Below are positions 30,201 through 37,801 of a DNA stretch of 64,000 bases, one piece after another (the first letter of the stretch is position 1; the number at the start of each line of letters is the position of its first letter). The notes under the pieces are model-generated. The model was not told the DNA's origin and searched no databases. It saw only the letters and a list, made by a program, of their open reading frames with translations. The DNA lies in contig JAICJV010000006.1 of assembly GCA_025928265.1 (NCBI GenBank), positions 7,694 to 71,693 of the forward strand. Reading direction: 5' to 3'. The stretch comes from Thermoleophilaceae bacterium. GTDB taxonomy: Bacteria > Actinomycetota > Thermoleophilia > Solirubrobacterales > Thermoleophilaceae. Both the position numbers and the translations under genes were made by a program.

Positions 30201-30347
30201 ATGACCACCGTTACTCCGACCGCAGAGAAGCGCCCGTCCCTGTTCAAGGAATTTTGGCGCTGCGGCAGCTGCGGTCGCTCGTTCACCGACGCAACCTCCT
30301 GCTGCGCCCACGAGTCGCAGTGCGGGGGCCACTTCAGCCACTGCTGA
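30201..30347 (+). CDS. Unlisted 48-aa Cys/His-rich ORF with C2H2-type zinc-finger spacing
   Basis: The ATG is preceded by AAAGGA 6 nt upstream. The translation is MTTVTPTAEKRPSLFKEFWRCGSCGRSFTDATSCCAHESQCGGHFSHC. GC3 is high, like the neighbouring genes. It is below the ORF-track length cut-off. Confidence 0.45.
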   Translation: MTTVTPTAEKRPSLFKEFWRCGSCGRSFTDATSCCAHESQCGGHFSHC

Positions 30348-31905
30348 TCGCCTTCGCGGCGACCCGCCCCGTAAAGACGCAGGCACCGAGGAACGTCCCC
30401 TCGAGGGATCGCTTCCCGTGCAGCCCGCCGCCGCCGAAGCCGGCGGCCTCTCCCACCGCGTAGAGCCCGGGAATCGCTGAGCCGTCAGGCCGCAGGACCC
30501 GGGCCGACAGGTCGGTCTGGATTCCCCCGAGCGACTTGCGCGCCATCACCGTCATCCGGATGGCGATCAGCGGACCGGCCCTGCGGTCGGCGATCTGCTG
30601 GAACTTGGCCGTGCGCAGGCGGTCGCCGCGCCAGTTGCGCAGCTGCTGGATGCGCCGGATCTGATCGTCGTTCCAGAGCCCCTTGCCGCGGGCGAGCGTG
30701 GCGTCGTAGTCGCGAACCTCCTTCGCGACCTGTCCGCGGTCGAGCGCGCCGTCCCCGGTCACCTCCGCCATCTTCTGCGTGAGCTCCGGTAGCGAGTCGG
30801 CCTTCACGAAGTCCGGGCACTTCTCGAGGAAGTAGTTCACGAGCGTGGGCTTGCCGAGCAGGATCCCCAGCAGGAACCGCACGAGGTGCTTCTCCCTGAT
30901 CGTCGGATTGTGCTGCGAGCCGGACACGTCGAGCTCGCGCCGCGCGATCTTCCAGTTGCAGATCATCCAGTAGTACTTGCGGTCGTCCTCGCACATGCGC
31001 TCGAGCGCGTAGTAGGCGTCGAACGTGGGGATCAGCGGGATCGGCCCGTAGCGCTTGCCGGTGGGGTCGAGCACAAGGCCGGAGCGCGGCGGGATCAGCT
31101 TCAGGCCGTGGCGGGGGCGCGCCGGCTCGGGGTGGCGCACGGCGTCGGCGTAGTTCCACATCCGGCCAAGGTGGGTGACATTGCCGCCGCGCCGCTCGAC
31201 CTCCTCGTGCATCGCGCCGTCGGCGTAGTAGTGCGAGCCCATCAGGATGTCCTCGGGCGGGCTGCCCAGGTTCTCCGGCCAGTACCTGCGGACGATTTCG
31301 AGGTTGCCGCCGATGCCGCCGGCCGCGATCACGACCTGCTCGGCGCGATGCTCGCCGCCGTCGTCGGTGCGCACGCCGGCCACGCGGTCGCCGTCGATGA
31401 CGAGCTCCGTCACGCGCGTGCCGAACCGCACGTCGAGGTCGGCGCGGCCGCGGACCGCGCCCCACATCGAGTCCACGAGCGCCTTGCCGCAGCCCCACGT
31501 GAGGTGGAAGCGCGGGACCGAGTTGCCGTCGCCGTACACGCCGCGCTCGGCCCAGTTCACGACCGGGAAGAAGCGCACGCCGTGCTCCTTCAGCCAGACG
31601 CCCACCTCGTCACGGGCGCGCTTGACGTACTCCTCGGCCCAGCGTCGCGGCAGGTCGTCGCCGTCCTCGAAGGCCGCCATCCGCATCCAGTCCTCGGTGG
31701 CCAGCTCGACCGTGTCCTCGATGCCCGAGCGACGCTGCTCCGGCGTGTCGACCATGAACATCCCGCCGAACGCCTCGCGTGCCAGGCCGCCGACCTCCTC
31801 GGGCCTGCAGCGGTCGAGCAGCAGCACCGAGTGGCCGTTGTCCAGCAGCTCGAGTGTCGTCACCAGGCCGGCCAGCCCGGCCCCGACCACGATCGTGTCG
31901 CTCAT
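30334..31905 (-). CDS. FAD-binding dehydrogenase (COG3573-like, succinate dehydrogenase/fumarate reductase flavoprotein superfamily)
   Basis: It has the N-terminal dinucleotide fold IVVGAGLAGLVTTLEL...LLLDR and the C-terminal motif LYAVGEAAGFGGGG. The ATG overlaps the upstream stop (ATGA). Confidence 0.8.
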   Translation of the reverse strand: MSDTIVVGAGLAGLVTTLELLDNGHSVLLLDRCRPEEVGGLAREAFGGMFMVDTPEQRRSGIEDTVELATEDWMRMAAFEDGDDLPRRWAEEYVKRARDEVGVWLKEHGVRFFPVVNWAERGVYGDGNSVPRFHLTWGCGKALVDSMWGAVRGRADLDVRFGTRVTELVIDGDRVAGVRTDDGGEHRAEQVVIAAGGIGGNLEIVRRYWPENLGSPPEDILMGSHYYADGAMHEEVERRGGNVTHLGRMWNYADAVRHPEPARPRHGLKLIPPRSGLVLDPTGKRYGPIPLIPTFDAYYALERMCEDDRKYYWMICNWKIARRELDVSGSQHNPTIREKHLVRFLLGILLGKPTLVNYFLEKCPDFVKADSLPELTQKMAEVTGDGALDRGQVAKEVRDYDATLARGKGLWNDDQIRRIQQLRNWRGDRLRTAKFQQIADRRAGPLIAIRMTVMARKSLGGIQTDLSARVLRPDGSAIPGLYAVGEAAGFGGGGLHGKRSLEGTFLGACVFTGRVAAKAISSG

Positions 31906-33230
31906 CGCGCGCGAATGTATGCCTTCGCGAGGGTGCGGCGCTCTACGCCCAGCAGCCGGACGGCCACACGGCCATGCCTCAGTCTCATCCGGAAGGTCGC
32001 GACGCCGTGCTTGTTGGTGCGCCGCGTCAGCCGCCCGATCTTCACGCGCCGGTGCGGTCGGCGGAAGCCGTTGCCGAGCACGGTCACCCTGATCCTCGTC
32101 CGGTGCCCCGCGCGCACGTGCCGCGGCCGCACGCGCAGCGCGTACTTCGTCATCTGGGGCTGGTCGTGACTCGGAACGAAGATCGGCGCACCCGGCTCGT
32201 CGGCGAACACGTCGAAGATGGCGAAGTGACTGGCGTCGCCCGAGAAGTAGGCGTCGTTGGCCACGATCAGGCGGTCATTGTCGAACCACACGCTGGCGGG
32301 CTCGTCGAACGGCGGGTCGCCGCTGTCGTGCCTGATGCGCGCGATCTCCTTGCCCGCGGGCGACACGACCGCGATCGCGTTCACGTTCGGCCCGACGAGC
32401 GCCACGTACATGTTCCCCGACTCCGCGAGCGCGATCCCGTCCGGCGCCTCGGCGGGGCCGCTCTCCCACACCTTCGTGAGCGTGCCGGGGTTGCCGTTCG
32501 GCCGGATCGGGAGCTTGTAGATCTCGCCCGTGGTGGCGCTCGTCGGATCGGTCGCCGGACCGGCGCTCGTGGTGAACAGCAGCGTCTGCCGATCGGGCAT
32601 GAGCTGGATCCCGGCCGGGCCGAACTGGAGGCCGTCGAGAGCGGGGTCGGTGAACCACACGTGGGCCTGGCCGCCGTTCGGCGGGACGCGCCAGATGAGG
32701 CCCTGCGTGTAGTCGGTCACATACAGCGAGCCGTCGGTGCCCCACGCGGCGTAGTCGGGCTCGGGCGGGTTGTCGGAGGTGGTGGCGGAGCACTCGTTCC
32801 CCACGCCGGACGGCGGCGAGCACGGCGGCACGTCCTTGAACGTCGCGTACGTGGTCTGCGACCCCGTCCTGGGGTCCAGCCGCAGCACGCGCGCGGGGTG
32901 CTGGTCGAGCAGGTAGAGGCGGCCCCTGGAGTCGTACGCGGCCACCTGCACGCCGTTGTCCGCGTTCGGGTCCTGCCCCGAGATCGTGTAGGTGCGGAGC
33001 AGCTGGCCCGTGGGCGAGAACGCGAACACCTTCGACGGGCCGTTGGCGCTGCCGGACGCGTTGGTGAACGTGCCCTCGTAGATCGTGCGGTCCGGCGCCA
33101 CCAGCGCGAGCGCCGGCTGTCCCGGTGGCGGGACCTTGGCCAGCGTCTGGACGTCGTATTTCGCGCGTGCCGACGCGGCGGGGGCGGCGGCCAGCGCGAA
33201 GAGCGCCGCCACCACGAGCGCACGCCTCAT
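31902..33230 (-). CDS. Exported SMP-30/gluconolactonase/strictosidine-synthase-like beta-propeller protein with basic C-terminal module
   Basis: It has the signal peptide MRRALVVAALFALAAAPAASA. Repeated blade-like segments are present (LYLLD, LYVTDY, MYVALVG, LIVAND). The ATG at 33230 overlaps the amine oxidase stop (ATGA). Confidence 0.7.
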   Translation of the reverse strand: MRRALVVAALFALAAAPAASARAKYDVQTLAKVPPPGQPALALVAPDRTIYEGTFTNASGSANGPSKVFAFSPTGQLLRTYTISGQDPNADNGVQVAAYDSRGRLYLLDQHPARVLRLDPRTGSQTTYATFKDVPPCSPPSGVGNECSATTSDNPPEPDYAAWGTDGSLYVTDYTQGLIWRVPPNGGQAHVWFTDPALDGLQFGPAGIQLMPDRQTLLFTTSAGPATDPTSATTGEIYKLPIRPNGNPGTLTKVWESGPAEAPDGIALAESGNMYVALVGPNVNAIAVVSPAGKEIARIRHDSGDPPFDEPASVWFDNDRLIVANDAYFSGDASHFAIFDVFADEPGAPIFVPSHDQPQMTKYALRVRPRHVRAGHRTRIRVTVLGNGFRRPHRRVKIGRLTRRTNKHGVATFRMRLRHGRVAVRLLGVERRTLAKAYIRAR

Positions 33231-34720
33231 CCGGCGAGCGCCTCCGCCGCGGCCCGCTCGCCCGAGCGCACCGCGCCGTCCATGTAGCCGTTCCAGTACG
33301 TCGAGGTCTCCGTGCCGGCCCAGTGGATCCTGCCCTCGGGCCGGCGGATCGCCTCGCCGAAGTCGAGCAGCGTCCCGGGCGCCAGCACCGAGACCGGGCA
33401 GCCGCGGTTCCAGCGCTCGGTCGTCCAGTTGAACCGCACGAACTCCTTCGGGCTCTTGGCCTGGTCGCCGAAGTAGTTGGCGAAGCTCTGGAGCGCCGCG
33501 GCCTGCTGATCGGCCGCGCTCTTCTGGGTGAGCCGGCGCGCCTCGGTGCCGCCGATGAAGCCCATCAGCACGCCGACCGAGCCGTCCGGAGGCGAGTTGT
33601 CGAACGTCACCTTCACGGGACCCACGTCGCTGATCGCCTGGCCGGTGTAGCCCTGGTCGCGCCAGAACGGCTTGTCGTACACGGCCTCGGCCTTCATCAG
33701 GCTGCCCATCGGCATGCGCTGGGTGAGCTGGTCGCGTAGCGCCGACAGCCCGGGCTCGTAGCTGATCCGGCCGGCGATCGGCGGCGGCGTGGCCACGATC
33801 ACGCGCTTGCCGTGGTAGGCGAGCTTGTCCGTGTGCACGGTCACGCCGGTGCGGGTCTGCACGATGCGCGTGACCGGCGAGTGCAGCCGCACCCGGCGGC
33901 CGAGCGCCTGCGCCATCCTCGCGGGGATCAGCCCGGTGCCGCCCACGATTCGCTGCGCCTGGCCGCCGCCGCGGGTGTTGAAGTTCCGCTCGAACGTACC
34001 CGGATTCGATTCGTTCCCCGAGGCCGCGATGTAGAACAGCGTGAAGAGCAGCGAGATCTCGCGCGGCTCGGCGCCGAAGATGGCCTCCGTGGCGGCCGAG
34101 GCAACGCCCATGAACTGCGGCGAGGCACTGTTGTTCTTCAGCCACGTGTAGAGCGTCTGGCTGTCCCACTCCGCAGCGTTGGGCGCCGTCCACGGCGCGT
34201 CGAGCGGCACCGAGGTCGACATCTGGTCGAGCTGCGTGATCGCCACGGCCGCCTCGGGAGCGAGCTGGACAGGCGCGGCACCGGTCGGCAGCGTGTCGCT
34301 GAACGTGAACTTCGAGCCGTTCGTGTAGTAGATGTTCTGGCCCGTGTCGTAGGTGTCGAAGCGCTCGATCTTGAGCTGGTCGATCAGCCCGTTGATGTGA
34401 TCCTGGGTCGCCCCCACGAACTCGGCGCCCAGCTCGGTCACGTGACCGCCGCCGATGTCGTGGTTGAGGATCCGGCCGCCGACGCGCCCGCGCGCCTCGA
34501 GCACGATCACCGACTTGCCCTTGAACAGGATCTCGCGCGCGGCGGTGAGGCCGGCGAGGCCGGCGCCGACCACGATCACGTCCGCGCGCCGGGTGAGCGC
34601 GCGCCTCCTGTGCTTGTGGGGCTTTCTCTTCTTGGCCTCGGCGACCTGAGCCGATCCGAGCGCAGCGGCAGCAGCCGCGCCCGCGATCGCCGTGCGGCGA
34701 GTGAAACGGTTGTCGTCCAT
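33227..34720 (-). CDS. Flavin-containing amine oxidase with Tat-type signal peptide
   Basis: The N-terminus MDDNRFTRRTAIAGAAAAAALGSAQVAEA has a twin-arginine-like motif. This is followed by VIVVGAGLAGLTAAREI and the amine-oxidase C-terminal block WAGTETS..W.GYMDGAV.SG. Confidence 0.85.
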   Translation of the reverse strand: MDDNRFTRRTAIAGAAAAAALGSAQVAEAKKRKPHKHRRRALTRRADVIVVGAGLAGLTAAREILFKGKSVIVLEARGRVGGRILNHDIGGGHVTELGAEFVGATQDHINGLIDQLKIERFDTYDTGQNIYYTNGSKFTFSDTLPTGAAPVQLAPEAAVAITQLDQMSTSVPLDAPWTAPNAAEWDSQTLYTWLKNNSASPQFMGVASAATEAIFGAEPREISLLFTLFYIAASGNESNPGTFERNFNTRGGGQAQRIVGGTGLIPARMAQALGRRVRLHSPVTRIVQTRTGVTVHTDKLAYHGKRVIVATPPPIAGRISYEPGLSALRDQLTQRMPMGSLMKAEAVYDKPFWRDQGYTGQAISDVGPVKVTFDNSPPDGSVGVLMGFIGGTEARRLTQKSAADQQAAALQSFANYFGDQAKSPKEFVRFNWTTERWNRGCPVSVLAPGTLLDFGEAIRRPEGRIHWAGTETSTYWNGYMDGAVRSGERAAAEALAG

Positions 34721-34731
34721 ATCGGACCGGC

Positions 34732-35910
34732 TTATAACGCGGGCGGGCGCTTCCATGCGCCAGTTGCGCCGGAGACGACCGGGCCGATCACCCGCACCGT
34801 CGCCTCCGCGCGCCCGGCGCGCGCGCTGTAGCTGCCCGGCGAGAGCAGCTTCGCCTTCAGCACCGCACGGCCGCGACGGTCGGTGCGGACGCGGAATCCA
34901 CCCAGCGTGACCACAGCGCGACGCACCGGCTTCCCGCGACGCGTGACCTTCACGTGGAAGCGGACCGTGCGCCCCAGCTTCACCCGGCGCGGTGAAATCG
35001 TGAGCTTCGCCTTCTGCGGGCTGCCGGCTGCGGGCTGCCGGCTGCCGGCTGCGGGCTGGAAGTGCAGCAGCGTGGCGTGATCCGCGCCGTACGTCGGCGG
35101 GCCCTCCGTGTTGAACGGCTGGATCAGCCAGTGGAGCGTGCCGCCGGCCGCCTTGAAGGTGTCGAGCCCCTCCGATTCGCCCACGACCGTGCGCTCGATC
35201 TCGAGCCGGCGCGAGCCGTCGCTCAGGTCGACCGACCAGATCTGGAACGTGTCGCCCTGCGAGCCCGCCAGGTACAGGCGACCGCCGTAGAACGTGGCGC
35301 CGGTGATGCCGGACGGCGGTACCGCATTGGTCAGCCGCCGGACGGCCTTGATCGGCTTGCCGAGCGGGCCCGCATTGGCCGGGTTCACGTCGGCCGTGCG
35401 GTAGGCGAGCAGGTCGTTGCCGCTCGAGGTCCAGATCAGCGAGCCATCGGGCGAGACCTCGGCCCACATCGCCTTCGGGATCTCGGTGGGGTCGAGCTTC
35501 ACGTAGTAGCGCCACTGGAGCGTGTTCGGATCCGCCACGCCGAACGAGCCGGTATTGCAGGTGTTGCCCGCGGGCGGGTAGTAGCACTCGAGCGGGAGGA
35601 TCACGCGGCCGCCCTCGGCGCGGTCGTAGCTGATGTCGCCCATGTGGTTGTACTGCTCGGTGGCAGTCACGTCCGGTGGGATCACGTTCGGGTTGCCGCC
35701 GGTCTGCGTGAAGCCGCGGTCGGTGCGCCACAGGCCGGTGTAGATGCCGTCGAAGAACCAGCTGCCGCCCGTTGAATGCGTGACGCCCTGGTAGTAGACG
35801 AGCGGCAACGACGTGCGCCCCGTCTCGCGCCAGCGGCCGGGGTCGGCGGCGCTCGCCGTGGCCGGGACGGCCGCAGCGAGCACGAGTGCGATGGCGACGA
35901 CACGACGCAT
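34732..35910 (-). CDS. Exported protein of unknown function (possible beta-propeller) with basic Ig-like C-terminal module
   Basis: It has the signal peptide MRRVVAIALVLAAAVPATASA. No motif that I can name is present. It is the first gene of a tightly packed minus-strand block. Confidence 0.65.
   Translation of the reverse strand: MRRVVAIALVLAAAVPATASAADPGRWRETGRTSLPLVYYQGVTHSTGGSWFFDGIYTGLWRTDRGFTQTGGNPNVIPPDVTATEQYNHMGDISYDRAEGGRVILPLECYYPPAGNTCNTGSFGVADPNTLQWRYYVKLDPTEIPKAMWAEVSPDGSLIWTSSGNDLLAYRTADVNPANAGPLGKPIKAVRRLTNAVPPSGITGATFYGGRLYLAGSQGDTFQIWSVDLSDGSRRLEIERTVVGESEGLDTFKAAGGTLHWLIQPFNTEGPPTYGADHATLLHFQPAAGSRQPAAGSPQKAKLTISPRRVKLGRTVRFHVKVTRRGKPVRRAVVTLGGFRVRTDRRGRAVLKAKLLSPGSYSARAGRAEATVRVIGPVVSGATGAWKRPPAL
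35014..35059 (-). repeat. In-frame 21-bp tandem duplication encoding QPAAGS(R/P) x2
   Basis: The minus-strand codons read cag ccc gca gcc ggc agc cgg / cag ccc gca gcc ggc agc ccg, inside CDS 34732..35910. Confidence 0.7.
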
Positions 35911-35930
35911 GTGTTCCAGACTAATCGTGA

Positions 35931-36200
35931 ATGCCCGATTTCCGCGACGCTCGCTGGTACGCGATCAGACCGGCGCACAACCGCAAGCCGGCCACCTACC
36001 GCTGCCCGCTCTGCGGCCGCCACCTGCCGGCGCTGAGCGAGCACATGCTCGTGGTGCCCGAGGGCGACGCGTCGCGAAGGCGCCACGCGCACTCGGCCTG
36101 CGTGATGGCCGCGCGGCGCGACGGACGGCTCCCCTTCCGCGACGAGGTGGAGCCGCGGAGGCCCGGACCGCTGCGGCGGCTGCTTCAGCGCCGCGGATAG
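35931..36200 (+). CDS. Small conserved-looking protein with a CPLC motif, unknown function
   Basis: 89 aa. It contains YRCPLCGRHLPALSEHMLVVPEGD..RRRHAHSAC. The codon bias is consistent with coding. Confidence 0.55.
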   Translation: MPDFRDARWYAIRPAHNRKPATYRCPLCGRHLPALSEHMLVVPEGDASRRRHAHSACVMAARRDGRLPFRDEVEPRRPGPLRRLLQRRG

Positions 36201-36210
36201 GGTGCCGCGC

Positions 36211-36864
36211 ATGGCGCTTGAGAACGAGCGTGAGCAGGTGGCCGCCGCTAGCCGCAGGCTGGCTGCGGAGGGGCTCGTGCTGGGCACGGCGGGGAACGTG
36301 AGCGCGCGGAGTGGTGACGACCTCGTCGCCATAACGCCCACCGGATGTGTCCTCGCGGACCTCGACGCCGCGCAGGTGAGCGTGGTGGACATGGATGGCA
36401 ACGTCGTGGACGGGGAGCTCGAGCCGACGTCCGAGCTCGACCTGCACCTGGGCGTCTACCGCCGCTACGGCGCGGGCGCCGTGGTGCACACGCACGCGCC
36501 GTGGGCCACCGCGATCGCGTGCGCGCGCGACGAGCTGCCGTGCGTCCACTACCAGATGCTCCTGCTCGGCGGGACCGTGCGCGTGGCGCCGTACCGCACG
36601 TTCGGCACGCCCGAGCTGGCGGCGGCGGTGCTCGATGCGCTCGACGGGCGCACCGCCGCGCTGATGGCCAACCACGGCGCGCTCAACTACGCGCAGGACG
36701 CGGCCGCCGCGGTCGACGCGGCGCTGCTCTTGGAGTGGGCGTGCGAGGTCTACTGGCGCGCGTCGGCACTGGGCGAGCCGCGTACGCTCGGCGACGACGA
36801 GCGCCAGGCGGTGATCGACGCGGTTGCGAGTCGCGGATATGGGTCGACCAGGAGGGTTACTTGA
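36211..36864 (+). CDS. Class II aldolase/adducin-family protein (L-fuculose-phosphate aldolase-like)
   Basis: It contains GTAGNVSAR and the His ligand block VVHTHAPWAT. The start is ATG 36211 or GTG 36202. Confidence 0.85.
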   Translation: MALENEREQVAAASRRLAAEGLVLGTAGNVSARSGDDLVAITPTGCVLADLDAAQVSVVDMDGNVVDGELEPTSELDLHLGVYRRYGAGAVVHTHAPWATAIACARDELPCVHYQMLLLGGTVRVAPYRTFGTPELAAAVLDALDGRTAALMANHGALNYAQDAAAAVDAALLLEWACEVYWRASALGEPRTLGDDERQAVIDAVASRGYGSTRRVT

Positions 36865-37784
36865 AGGCGATCTGCATGGGTGTGCACGTGCTCGACGTGC
36901 TGGTGCGGCCGGTCGAGCAGATTCCGGAGGGTCAGGGCGGCGAGCTCGTGGAGGAGATCAGGATCACCGCCGCCGGATCGGCGGGAGGCACGGCTCTGAC
37001 CCTGGCGAAGCTCGGCGCCGACGTGCGCAGCGCCGGCGCGATCGGCACAGACCCGGTCGGCGACATGCTCCTGGCGCTGCTCGAGCGCGGCGGCGTTGAC
37101 ACCTCTCTGCTGGTGCGCCGCGACGACGTGCAGACGTCGGCGAGCGTCCTGCCGATCCGGCCGAACGGCGACCGTCCCGCGTTCCACGTGGTGGGCGCCA
37201 ACGCCACGTACGGCCCGGGCGACGCTCCGTCGTTCGACGGCACCACGCACCTGCACCTGGGCGGCCCCGAGTTCATGGGTGGCGAGAACGCCGCCGAGAT
37301 CCTCGACCGCGCGCGCAAGGCAGGCGTGACCACCTCGGCCGACGTGCTCGCGCCCGGCGAGCCGGGCCTGCTCGAGTGGATCGCACCCGCGTTCGGCGGG
37401 CTCGACTACCTCCTGCCCAATGACGACCAGGTGCTGGCGTTCACCGGCGAGGACGACCTGGTGGCCGGCTGCCGCAAGCTGATCGACCGTGGCGTGGACT
37501 GCGTGGTGGCCACGCGCGGCGGCGACGGCGCGGTGATCGTCGACGCCGACGGCGAGGAGCGCGTGCCTGCGTTCGAGGTGAACGTGGTGGACACCACCGG
37601 CTGCGGCGACGCGTTCTCCGCGGGCTTCCTGCGCGGCCTGTCACTCGACCGCAGCCGCGCCGACGCCGCGCGGCTCGGGTGCGCCGCGGCGGCGCTCGTG
37701 GCTCAGGGCCTCGGCAGCGACTTCGGCGACTTCGACCTCGACGCCGCGGACGAGTTCGCGCGGTCCGCGGCTACGCGCGGGTAG
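36861..37784 (+). CDS. PfkB-family carbohydrate kinase
   Basis: A GGAGGG RBS precedes a TTG start that overlaps the upstream stop (TTGA). The C-terminal motif DTTGCGDAFSAGFL is the PfkB signature. Confidence 0.85.
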   Translation: MKAICMGVHVLDVLVRPVEQIPEGQGGELVEEIRITAAGSAGGTALTLAKLGADVRSAGAIGTDPVGDMLLALLERGGVDTSLLVRRDDVQTSASVLPIRPNGDRPAFHVVGANATYGPGDAPSFDGTTHLHLGGPEFMGGENAAEILDRARKAGVTTSADVLAPGEPGLLEWIAPAFGGLDYLLPNDDQVLAFTGEDDLVAGCRKLIDRGVDCVVATRGGDGAVIVDADGEERVPAFEVNVVDTTGCGDAFSAGFLRGLSLDRSRADAARLGCAAAALVAQGLGSDFGDFDLDAADEFARSAATRG

Positions 37785-37801
37785 CCGGAGCGGCTCCGGT
37801 C

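Noticed and set aside
34720-34756. An upstream ATG (34756, MEAPARVISRSDM...) as the start of the amine oxidase.
   Set aside because: It would overlap the preceding gene by 25 nt. It would also place 12 extra residues before an already complete Tat-like leader (MDDNRFTRRTAIAG...). I kept 34720, but either start is possible.
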